From contig JBBDYC010000004.1 in NCBI GenBank assembly GCA_040901985.1, forward strand, positions 55,097 through 119,096: a stretch of DNA of 64,000 nt, read 5' to 3'. The notes beneath the pieces are model-generated. The model was not told the origin of the DNA. It ran no database searches and saw only the letters and a list, made by a program, of their open reading frames with translations. The translations under genes were made by a program, and so were the position numbers. Positions 12,834 to 21,312 of this stretch are shown piece by piece (position 1 is the first letter of the stretch; every line of letters starts with the position of its first letter). Origin of the DNA: Gemmatimonadaceae bacterium. GTDB lineage: Bacteria; Gemmatimonadota; Gemmatimonadetes; Gemmatimonadales; Gemmatimonadaceae.

Positions 12834-12946
12834 GCTGGGATATGGCGGGTCCGCCGCCGTCGCGCAATGTCACGATGTGATACTGTTGGGGCAGTCCCGC
12901 ACGGAAGTCCGCTCTGGCGTCGCCCCGGGGCATCCGTAGTTTACAC

Positions 12947-13366
12947 GTGATGCCCAGCCGACTGCGCGCCGCGCGGCGCGGAATGACAATCATCGAAGTG
13001 ATGTTTGCCGTCGTGATCCTGTCGGGAGTGATGCTGGCGCTCGCCCGATTCGGTCAGGGGTTCACGCGGGCGACGCGGAACGCGGCGAATCTCTCGATGG
13101 CGAGCGACCTGGCGACGGCGCGGATCGAGACGGTCAAGGCGCACGGTACCTACGCGACGATTGCCGACCTCTTCGACGGGACCACCGAGACGTCGGATGA
13201 CGCCGACGCGAATCCGTCAATGAGCGGCTACGACGGGTTCACGCGCACGACGGCAGTGAGCGCCACGGTAACCGACACGACGAACTTCGTGACGGTGACG
13301 GTGACCGTGACCGCCGACGTGTTGACGACCCCGATGGCGAAAACTGTCGTAATCGCGGCCTTCTGA
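12947..13366 (+). CDS. PilV-like type IV minor pilin
   Basis: RRG|MTIIEVMFAVVIL prepilin motif, 139 aa, with a C-terminal beta-rich VTVTVTV segment. Confidence 0.82.
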   Translation: MMPSRLRAARRGMTIIEVMFAVVILSGVMLALARFGQGFTRATRNAANLSMASDLATARIETVKAHGTYATIADLFDGTTETSDDADANPSMSGYDGFTRTTAVSATVTDTTNFVTVTVTVTADVLTTPMAKTVVIAAF

Positions 13367-13374
13367 CCCTCGCC

Positions 13375-14491
13375 GTGACGCGCCGACCGGTTGCCCGTGG
13401 CTTCACGCTCGCCGAGATGCTGGTGGCGATGACGCTCACGCTTGTCGTGTTCGCGATCACCCTGCCATTCGTGCGGGCGCAAACGCGGGCGCTGGGGCAG
13501 AACGCCGGGCGCGTGGACGCCGAGCAGATTGCGCGCTATGCGCAGCGGGCGATTGATCGGGATCTGCGCCTGGCGGGTCTCGGACCCGGGGCAGTCGCTG
13601 TTGGTCTACGCGGGGACGATGGGGATCTCGTTCAACGCGAATCTGCTGGCGGCGGATACGACGGATCCGGGGGCGCTGGAAATCGAAGACGGTGCCGCGA
13701 CGACCCTCACCGAGGCGTGGCGGGTGGCCGATGCGGCAGCGATCCCGCTGACGACAGTGATCTATCCGACCGAGGACTACACGGACGCGAACGGCGCGTT
13801 GAGCCGGATCGAGACCATCAGCTACTTCCTGCATCCGGATACGGTCAGCGACCGGAACGACCTCTACGTGCTCTATCGCCGCGTGAACGCGCGCGATTCG
13901 GTGCAGCTCGTGCGGGGTATCCACGTGCCGGCGGACTCGGCCTTCTTCAGCTATCTGAGGATGGAGAGCGGGGTGCTGACGGCCATCGCCGCGGCGTCCC
14001 TACCGCTGTACTGGGACACGACGGCGATGAGCGACATCCGCGCCGTCGGGCTGCGGTCGGCGGGATTCTTCCGAAATCGGCAGACCGGCGAGGATGTCAT
14101 TCGGACGGTGTACTGGACGGTCGTGCTGGCGAACCGCAACGAAAGTGGCCGTGACTGCGGGGCGGCGCCGGCGCAGCCAGTCGCCGCGCAGTTCAGCATT
14201 TCCGTGGTCGATAACGCGCAGCCGTACCGCGTCGAGCTGGAGTGGGACGACTCTCCCGACGACGCGAGTGGCGACGGCGACGTCGTGTACTATCTGGTCG
14301 AGATGAAACCGGCGGCCGCGGCGACGTGGACCCTCATCGGCACCGTGCCGGCCACCCGCGCTTCGAGCTACCTGTGGAGCCATCCGCATCCGGTCCCGAC
14401 GGGGAGTTACAACTTCGGAATCCGCGCGGTGGATTGTGGCGGCGCGGTGTCCACCCGCGCCGTCAAGGCCGCCTCGGTCGCGCTGCCGTGA
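13375..14491 (+). pseudogene. PilW-like minor pilin with C-terminal FN3-like domain, interrupted by a +1 frameshift near 13575-13591 (real or assembly error)
   Basis: The frame from 13375 carries RG|FTLAEMLVA...DRDLRLAG. The plausible continuation (GQSLLVYAG...LYRRVN...YNFGIRAVD) is in the +1 frame and ends at 14491, overlapping the next GTG. Confidence 0.75.
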
Positions 14492-16626
14492 CTGGGGACG
14501 CTCGCCGCCGGTGCCCCGGAGCGCGACGCGGCTCCGCGCTCATCCTGGTGCTGCTGATGACCCTCGCGGTCGCCGCGCTCGCGGTCGCCGCGATCTTCAT
14601 GGCGTCGAGTGCCGGATTGCTGTCGCGCTTCTATGATCGAGAGCGCACGTTCGGGCTCGCTGCCGAGTCGGCGCTCGAAATCGCCCGCTCGAGGCTCCAG
14701 ACCGACCAAACGCTCGCGGTGCCCGACACCGGGATGGTCCAGCTGCTCTCCGGGTGGACCCCAGCGGACGCCGACGGCGGATCGGTCGGCGGCGTCTCGG
14801 TGAATGTCTATGCGGCGGCCACCGGCGACACTACCGGCGTGCTGTTTCCGATCGTGACGCTGATTGCCGCGAGCTACGATGCGAACGGCACCCGGCACGT
14901 GCGGCGGATGGACCTGCAGCGTGAGAGTTTCTCCCGTTACCAGTACTTTGTGGATTCGTTTCCGTCGGGGCAAACGCACGGACCCGGCGTCGTCGGCGGG
15001 CGCGTCCATTCGAATGGCAACTGGCTCAACTCGGCAAGCGGAAACCGGTTCCTCGACACCGTGACTGTTGTCGGGACGGTAAGTGGCACGGCGACGTTCG
15101 AGATCGACAGTCTCGTGGATGTGGTGCGGATCCCGTTCCCGCAGGACTCGACCTTCCCTCGACTCGACACGCTTGCGCTCAACGCCGGCCTGCGGTTCGC
15201 TCCGCTCTGGGGATCGGGCCGAGGCTCGCGGATGGCATTCGTGGCGTTCGATGCGGACGATGACGGGGTCATCGAGGCGGCCGAGGGCTTCTTCAAGGTC
15301 TTCGACATCGCCGTCGGTCGCGACACGACGTACCTCCGCGTCAATCCCGCCGTGAGCTATCACGCCTGGACGGGCAACACGTATCTCTCGTGGGACGATC
15401 CACGGATCCAGAACCAGTGCGGCGCCTCCTATCTCCGTGGTGGGCGCTGGCACTTCTTTCCCATCTCGACCCACCGCGCCACGTGGGCGCGCGCGGTGAT
15501 TCAGGCCACCGGCGCCAGCAACTTCCCGGCCGTGAATCCAGCCACGATGAACGGACTCGATGACTACGATTGGGAAGCCGCGAGGGACGTGATGGCAATG
15601 GAGACCGCTCGGTGCTTCCCGGCGGGCAGTTCGTACTTGATGACCGCCGAGCGGATGACGGACGCCACGGGCGTGGTCACCGGCACCGCCGCCGACACGG
15701 TGCCGTTCGGCGTGATCACGCCTCCCGGCGGCTGGCCCGCCAGCGCCCCGAACGGTTACGGCGGCAACGACTCCACGTTTACGATCCGGAGCCGCACGTG
15801 CACGTTCTCGACCGGCGGGACCAGCGGCCGCTGCAACTCCGGGACGATTGCCGATCTCGGCGAGTGGCGCGCCGGGACCAACCCGTCGGGGATCTCGGCA
15901 AATGCGCGGCAGTCGGTGGAGGCGCCGTACCTGTGGGCCTATGGCACGGCATACAATTCGCTGTCGCGCGGCGTGGTCAGCGTGATCACCAACCCGGTCT
16001 ACGTCGGCGGCGTCATCACCGGCGCGGTGACGCTTCGTGCGTCGAGCCGCGTCGCCATTGTCGGCGATCTCACCTACGCGAACGCGCCCAACGATCCGGA
16101 CGGTGACTGCGGGACGATGCTGGGTGTCCTCGCCGTGGGCGACGTCCTGGTCGTCGAGGCGAGTCTCAACCGGCTGCGCCGCTACGGGAATTATCAAAGC
16201 TTCTTCGTGCTGAACAGTTTCGGCGCGCATCTCGGCAACGGCCGCCGCACGGCGTTGCAGGGGAGCTTTATGAGCCTCACCGGGACCGTGGGGGTCGAGA
16301 GTCCGTCGGTCACGATGGGCACGAATACCTGGCAGCTCGAGTGCCCGGAGGACGCGGGGAGCTCGACGCGCTCGAACGGTGGTTGTCTCGAACTCACCGG
16401 CGGCGCGGTTATGAAGCGGTACAGCTCGCTCCACTCGGGCGCCAACACCGGAATGCGCTATCACGGCATACCCGACCGTTGCCAGTCCGCATCGCGTCGC
16501 CCGCCATTCTTCCCACTGACGAATCGCTACACCCACGTGCGCACGCTCGAGGTCGAGGCGTCGCTGGCGAACAATCCGGCGAAGATCCGCACGCTCTTAA
16601 TGCGGCTGAAAGGCAAGTCGTTGTAG
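14488..16626 (+). CDS. Large PilX/GspK-like pilus assembly protein (712 aa)
   Basis: GTGA overlap with the previous stop. RRG|SALILVLL N-terminus without E+5, AESALE, GRVHSNG, and a Cys/Gly/Thr-rich extracellular C-terminal part. Confidence 0.72.
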   Translation: MTGDARRRCPGARRGSALILVLLMTLAVAALAVAAIFMASSAGLLSRFYDRERTFGLAAESALEIARSRLQTDQTLAVPDTGMVQLLSGWTPADADGGSVGGVSVNVYAAATGDTTGVLFPIVTLIAASYDANGTRHVRRMDLQRESFSRYQYFVDSFPSGQTHGPGVVGGRVHSNGNWLNSASGNRFLDTVTVVGTVSGTATFEIDSLVDVVRIPFPQDSTFPRLDTLALNAGLRFAPLWGSGRGSRMAFVAFDADDDGVIEAAEGFFKVFDIAVGRDTTYLRVNPAVSYHAWTGNTYLSWDDPRIQNQCGASYLRGGRWHFFPISTHRATWARAVIQATGASNFPAVNPATMNGLDDYDWEAARDVMAMETARCFPAGSSYLMTAERMTDATGVVTGTAADTVPFGVITPPGGWPASAPNGYGGNDSTFTIRSRTCTFSTGGTSGRCNSGTIADLGEWRAGTNPSGISANARQSVEAPYLWAYGTAYNSLSRGVVSVITNPVYVGGVITGAVTLRASSRVAIVGDLTYANAPNDPDGDCGTMLGVLAVGDVLVVEASLNRLRRYGNYQSFFVLNSFGAHLGNGRRTALQGSFMSLTGTVGVESPSVTMGTNTWQLECPEDAGSSTRSNGGCLELTGGAVMKRYSSLHSGANTGMRYHGIPDRCQSASRRPPFFPLTNRYTHVRTLEVEASLANNPAKIRTLLMRLKGKSL

Positions 16627-16802
16627 GTCAACGGGTTGACCGCGCCGTGAAGGTGAGGGGTGTCCGCAGTGACAGACAGCACCGCCGGAGCGGACCGCCC
16701 CGTCCCGTCACCGGCGTCCCATCTTCCGATTTCACGCAACCATCGGGCCCCGACCGTTGTCTCTGGGTCGTTCACGAAGCACCGCAAGCGAATCCCCCCC
16801 TT

Positions 16803-17345
16803 GTGACAGACGCCGAGCTCATCGCTGAAGCAGTGCGGGGCGACCCACGCGCGGAGCGACAGCTCTATGACGCGCACGTCGACCGCATCTATCGGCTGGC
16901 CTGGCGGATGGCTGGGGACGAGACACTCGCCCGGGACTTCACGCAGGACACCTTCATCCGGGCCTTCGAACGGCTCGCCGACTTCCGCGGGGACAGCTCC
17001 CTCGCGACCTGGCTGCACTCGATTGCGGTGTCGGTGATCCTCAACGGCCTCAAGAACGTGAAGCGCATCCACGGCCGCGAGATCGGCGGAAATGCGCTGC
17101 CGGAAGTGGCGATCGCCACGCGGGAGGCGGAACCGGACCTGAAGGTCCGATTGCGCAGCGCCATTGATGGGCTCCCGGTCGGGTATCGCACGGTGTTCGT
17201 GATGCACGACGTGGAGGGATATACGCACGAGGAGATCGCGTCCGCGCTAAGGATCCAGCCGGGCACATCAAAGGCGCAGTTGTTCCGGGCCCGGGCCCGG
17301 CTGCGCACTGAACTGGCGGAGTTCGCCGGGGAGTGGGCGTCATGA
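16803..17345 (+). CDS. ECF RNA polymerase sigma-70 factor
   Basis: DFTQDTFIRAF, FRGDSSLATWLHSIAV (region 2) and EGYTHEEIASALRIQPGTSKAQLFRAR (region 4). Start GTG 16803. Confidence 0.93.
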   Translation: MTDAELIAEAVRGDPRAERQLYDAHVDRIYRLAWRMAGDETLARDFTQDTFIRAFERLADFRGDSSLATWLHSIAVSVILNGLKNVKRIHGREIGGNALPEVAIATREAEPDLKVRLRSAIDGLPVGYRTVFVMHDVEGYTHEEIASALRIQPGTSKAQLFRARARLRTELAEFAGEWAS

Positions 17346-18133
17346 GCGAGGAGAAGTTCGAGGAGTTCCTGAAGCGCGAGGCGGATGCGTATCAAACGCC
17401 GCCTGCGGCCACGCCGCGCGACGAGATGTGGGCGGTGATTGCCGAGGCGCGCCGTACGCGTCGGGGCGGAGCCGGACACGGAGCGGTGGTCCTGCCCGTG
17501 CCTCGGCGGCTTCGGTACGCGCCCTGGCTCGGGATGGCCGCCACGCTGCTGCTCGGTGTCGGCATCGGCCGGTACGTGCTGCGGGGCTCATCGCTGCCGA
17601 GCGGGTCAGAGGTTGCGGCGACCGCGCCGGCGACCGCGCCGGCGAGCGAGACGCCCACGGCGGCGACGGTGCTAGCGGTGCCGGCGACCGACGGGCCGAC
17701 CTCCGCGCCCGGCTCGGACCGTCCTCAGCCGCCGCGGCGACTCGACCGCGCGACGGGTGGCACTCCGGTCCAGCTTGCGGCGGCCACCAACGACGCCGCC
17801 GAGCCGGCCAGCCCGATGCAGATTGCGTCGCGCGAGCACCTGGCGCGCGCCGAAGCGCTCATCTCGGTCGTCGCGGCGACGCCGGCCGACGCCGTGATGG
17901 ATTCCCTCACCGGTCGCTGGGCGCACGATATGCTGACCAACACGCGCCTCCTGCTCGATTCTCCCGCCGGCGACGACCCGGCTCGGCGCCGCCTCTTCGA
18001 AGACCTGGAGATGATCCTCGTGCAGCTCGTGCAGCGATCCGGCACGTCGGTGGACGAGCGTCTCCTGATTGATCGCACACTCCAGCGCACTCAACTCCTG
18101 ACACGGTTGCGCACCAGCGCCGCCGGCATCTGA
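17342..18133 (+). CDS. Putative single-pass membrane anti-sigma factor
   Basis: ATGA-coupled to the ECF gene. Has a short cytoplasmic N-terminus, one TM segment (WLGMAATLLLGVGIG), a Pro/Ala/Thr linker and a helical C-terminus. Confidence 0.65.
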   Translation: MSEEKFEEFLKREADAYQTPPAATPRDEMWAVIAEARRTRRGGAGHGAVVLPVPRRLRYAPWLGMAATLLLGVGIGRYVLRGSSLPSGSEVAATAPATAPASETPTAATVLAVPATDGPTSAPGSDRPQPPRRLDRATGGTPVQLAAATNDAAEPASPMQIASREHLARAEALISVVAATPADAVMDSLTGRWAHDMLTNTRLLLDSPAGDDPARRRLFEDLEMILVQLVQRSGTSVDERLLIDRTLQRTQLLTRLRTSAAGI

Positions 18134-18144
18134 GGAACATCCCA

Positions 18145-19710
18145 ATGAAGCTCATCGCCCTCTCAATCATCGCCGCCGCCGGCCTGGGGCTGCACGACGC
18201 GGCGTCCGCGCCGCGCTTGGCCCTTGCCGGTCCCCACATTCCGGACGCCAGCTGGGCGCCCCGCGACACGGCGGACACGCTCTGGCGGCGCGGACGCATC
18301 GCCATTTCCGAGGAGCAATGGCGAGACGCGGCCTGGCACTTCGCGCGCCTCGTCGAGCGGTATCCGGCCTCGACCTACGCGGGCGACGCGCTCTACTGGC
18401 AGGCGTTCGCGTTCCAGCGCGTCGGCGGCTCAAGCGACATCCGCAGCGCGGTCCGCGCGCTCGAGGTGCAGAAGGAGAAGTATCCGCGGAGCGCGACCTA
18501 TGTGTCGGGCGAGTCGTCGGCGCTGCTGACACGGCTCAACGGCCGTCTGGCGCGCTCGGGGGACGCCGATGCCGCGGTAATGATCGCCGAGCTCGCCGCG
18601 GTCGCGGCCCAGGCCGGGATGGCGGTGGCGGCCGAAGTGGCGCCGATGGTGGCGGAGGAGGTGCGCCGCGCGATGCCGGAGATCCAGCGTGAGGTGTCGC
18701 AGGCGATGCGCGAGGCGGCCGTCGAGGCCCGCGAGGCCACCGCCGAGGCGGCGGCAAACCTTCGGGCGACGGCGCGGCAGGGCCGCCGCGACCGCGGCGA
18801 CGAGATCCCGCCGGGATGCGAAGGGGCGGTGGACGACGAGCGGGTCGAGGCGCTGAACGCGCTCCTCCAAATGAACGCCGAGCAGGCGCTGCCGATCCTC
18901 AAGCGCGTGCTCGAGCGGCGCGACCGCTGCTCGGAGATCCTGCGCCGGAAGGCGGTGTTCCTCGTCTCGCAGAAGCGGTCCGACGAGGCGGCGGACATCC
19001 TGCTGAACGTCGCCAAGACCGACCCCGACAGCTACACGCGCGAGCAGGCGGTCTTCTGGCTCTCGCAGACGCACGGCGAGCGCGCGGTCGAGGTGCTCGA
19101 GCAGATCCTCGTGCGGGAGTCGCCCGACGCGGAGTTGCAGAAGCGGGCGGTCTTTTCGCTCTCGCAGGTGCGGTCGGAGCGCGCCGGCGCGATCCTGCGC
19201 GACTTCATCAAGCGCACCGACGTGCCCGCGGAGGCGCGGGGCGAAGCGATCTTCTGGCTCGGCCAGCGGCGATCGGCGGAGAACGCGAGCTTCCTTCGCG
19301 AGGTCTTCCCGACGCTCGAGACCGACGAGCTGCGAGAGAAGGTGATCTTCTCGCTCTCCCAGCAGCGTTCGCCTGAGAATTCGCGTTGGCTCCTCCAGCA
19401 GGCGAAGAACACGCGGCTGAGCGGCGAGCTGCGGAAGTCGGCGCTCTTTTGGGCCGGGCAGGGCGGGGCGGCCGTCGCCGATCTCGCCGAGATCTACGAC
19501 ACCAGCCCGAACGACCGCGAACTCCGCAACCAGGTGATCTTCACGCTCTCGCAGCGGCGGAACGACACCGCGGCGATGGACAAGCTGCTCGACATCGCAC
19601 GGAAGGAGCCGGACCGCGAGCTGCGGCGCCAGGCGATTTTCTGGATCGGGCAGAGCCGGGATCCCCGGGCGGCGCGGCTGTTGGAGGAGATCATCAACAA
19701 TCCACGTTGA
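18145..19710 (+). CDS. Exported HEAT-repeat protein with N-terminal BamD/TPR-like region
   Basis: Signal peptide, then YPASTYAGDALYWQAF, then eight RxxA(V/I)F(W/S)LxQ-type repeats. Confidence 0.8.
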   Translation: MKLIALSIIAAAGLGLHDAASAPRLALAGPHIPDASWAPRDTADTLWRRGRIAISEEQWRDAAWHFARLVERYPASTYAGDALYWQAFAFQRVGGSSDIRSAVRALEVQKEKYPRSATYVSGESSALLTRLNGRLARSGDADAAVMIAELAAVAAQAGMAVAAEVAPMVAEEVRRAMPEIQREVSQAMREAAVEAREATAEAAANLRATARQGRRDRGDEIPPGCEGAVDDERVEALNALLQMNAEQALPILKRVLERRDRCSEILRRKAVFLVSQKRSDEAADILLNVAKTDPDSYTREQAVFWLSQTHGERAVEVLEQILVRESPDAELQKRAVFSLSQVRSERAGAILRDFIKRTDVPAEARGEAIFWLGQRRSAENASFLREVFPTLETDELREKVIFSLSQQRSPENSRWLLQQAKNTRLSGELRKSALFWAGQGGAAVADLAEIYDTSPNDRELRNQVIFTLSQRRNDTAAMDKLLDIARKEPDRELRRQAIFWIGQSRDPRAARLLEEIINNPR

Positions 19711-19715
19711 GCTGC

Positions 19716-19801
19716 AGGTGGGAGGTGGGAAGTGTGAGGTGCGAGGTAGCGGCGACTGCCGCCTCCCTGCTCGCCCTTCCCCCATCCCCCATTTCATTTT
19801 C
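19716..19801 (+). repeat. Heptamer tandem repeat tracts (G-rich then C-rich)
   Basis: aggtggg aggtggg aagtgtg aggtgcg aggtagc (19716-19750) and cccttcc cccatcc cccattt (19774-19794). Confidence 0.6.
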
Positions 19802-19814
19802 AACCCACACTACG

Positions 19815-20621
19815 ATGCACATCTCAGACAATTCGGCGCTCGCGCTTGTCGCTTCGGTTCTGCTCCTCGGCGGATCAGGGGCGCAGGCGCAGACGCTGGC
19901 CTCGCGGGTCGCGGCGGTGGGGACGGGGACGGTACGACTCGAGTACGCGTCGCAGCCTGGCGTGTGCGGGAATGGGCGGGGGAACATCTCGATCCGGCGT
20001 GGTGACGGAACGTCCACGTTCACGGGGACGTACTCGCGGGGTTCCCGAAACGAGTGGGAGGATGAGTGCGAACCCGGGCCGGTGCGAGTGGCGCTCGATG
20101 TCGAGCGCGGCACCGTGACGGCGCTCCGCGCCTACGTTGGCGGTCGTTGGCGTGGGGACGCCGATCTCGAGCTCGGCGCGGTGCCGGCGGCGGAGGCGAG
20201 TCGCTTCCTCGTGGAGATCGCGGCCCGCGGCGCGTCGCGCCCGGCAAAGGACGCGATCTTCCCGGCGATGCTTGCGGACGCGCCGAGCCCCTGGCCCGCG
20301 TTGCTCGCCATCGCCAAGGACGACAACCGTCCGCGCGACGTCCGCAGTTCGGCGCTCTTCTGGGTCGGCCAGGTGGTCGAGGACGAGGCGACGAAGGGCC
20401 TCGAGGAGATCGTGGATGCCGATGGCGACCGCGAGGTCCGCAAGAGCGCGGTCTTCTCGCTCTCGCAGCGCCACAGGGACGAGTCAATCCCGGCGCTCAT
20501 CCGCATCGCGCGGACCAACCGCGACCGGGAGATCCGCAAGTCGGCGATCTTCTGGCTCGCCCAAAGCCGCGACGACCGGGCAATCCGGTACTTCGAAGAG
20601 GTGCTGCTGGGAGCGCGGTAG
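19815..20621 (+). CDS. Exported HEAT-repeat protein
   Basis: ATG 19815 and signal peptide (AQAQ). N-terminal beta domain with two Cys, then RSSALFWVGQ, RKSAVFSLSQ and RKSAIFWLAQ repeats. Confidence 0.78.
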   Translation: MHISDNSALALVASVLLLGGSGAQAQTLASRVAAVGTGTVRLEYASQPGVCGNGRGNISIRRGDGTSTFTGTYSRGSRNEWEDECEPGPVRVALDVERGTVTALRAYVGGRWRGDADLELGAVPAAEASRFLVEIAARGASRPAKDAIFPAMLADAPSPWPALLAIAKDDNRPRDVRSSALFWVGQVVEDEATKGLEEIVDADGDREVRKSAVFSLSQRHRDESIPALIRIARTNRDREIRKSAIFWLAQSRDDRAIRYFEEVLLGAR

Positions 20622-20647
20622 GGAGGCGGATGTGCGGGGCTAGGCTA

Positions 20648-20669
20648 GGGCCGCCTGAACAGGCGGCCC
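20648..20669. terminator. GC-rich hairpin between convergent genes (possible bidirectional terminator)
   Basis: gggccgcct-gaac-aggcggccc inverted repeat, with no U-tract. Confidence 0.5.
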
Positions 20670-20697
20670 CCTCACACCTTGCAACTTGCACCTGTCG

Positions 20698-21312
20698 TCA
20701 GAGCGATAGCTGCCCAGCGTCCGACCGCGGCCCCACCGCGTGACAGGCCCTGCACCGTGCCTCGTACGTCTCCGCACCGCCGACCATCACCTGCGGCGAA
20801 TCGTACGCGGCCGGCTTCCCGTCAATCAGGCGCTGGTTTCGGCTCGCCGGGGCGCCGCAGAGCACGCAGATCGCGTGCAGCTTGTCCACCACCTCGGCGA
20901 CGCACATCAGTTGGCCCATCGGGCCGAAGGGCTCGCCGCGAAAATCGGTGTCGGTGCCGGCGAGGATCACCTGCCGCCCGCGCAGCGCGAGGTCGCTCGC
21001 GATCTCGACGATCCCCTGGTCGAGAAACTGCACCTCGTCCACCGCGACCACCTGCGCCATCGGGTCAATCCGCAGCGCGATCTGGTGCGAGGAGTCCACC
21101 GGCACGGCCTCGATCGTCCGGCCGTCGTGGCTGCCGATGGCGAACACGCCGCCGGCGTAGCGGTCGTCGAGGTGCGACTTGAACACCTGGACGCGCTTCT
21201 TGGCGATGATGGAGCGGCGCACGCGGCGCATCAGCTCCTCGCTCTTGCCGCTGAACATCACGCCGGCAATGACCTCGATCCAGCCGCCGGTGAGCTGGAA
21301 CGTCCCGCTCAC
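20698..21312 (-). CDS. tdk: Thymidine kinase
   Basis: [24 protein letters not shown], and the Zn sites CVLC and YEARCRAC. Confidence 0.96.
   Translation of the reverse strand: MSGTFQLTGGWIEVIAGVMFSGKSEELMRRVRRSIIAKKRVQVFKSHLDDRYAGGVFAIGSHDGRTIEAVPVDSSHQIALRIDPMAQVVAVDEVQFLDQGIVEIASDLALRGRQVILAGTDTDFRGEPFGPMGQLMCVAEVVDKLHAICVLCGAPASRNQRLIDGKPAAYDSPQVMVGGAETYEARCRACHAVGPRSDAGQLSL

Noticed and set aside
13595..14154. C-terminal part of the 259-aa ORF 13375..14154 as a real protein
   Set aside because: After DLRLAG it becomes Arg/Gly-rich off-frame sequence. The +1 frame has the protein-like composition.
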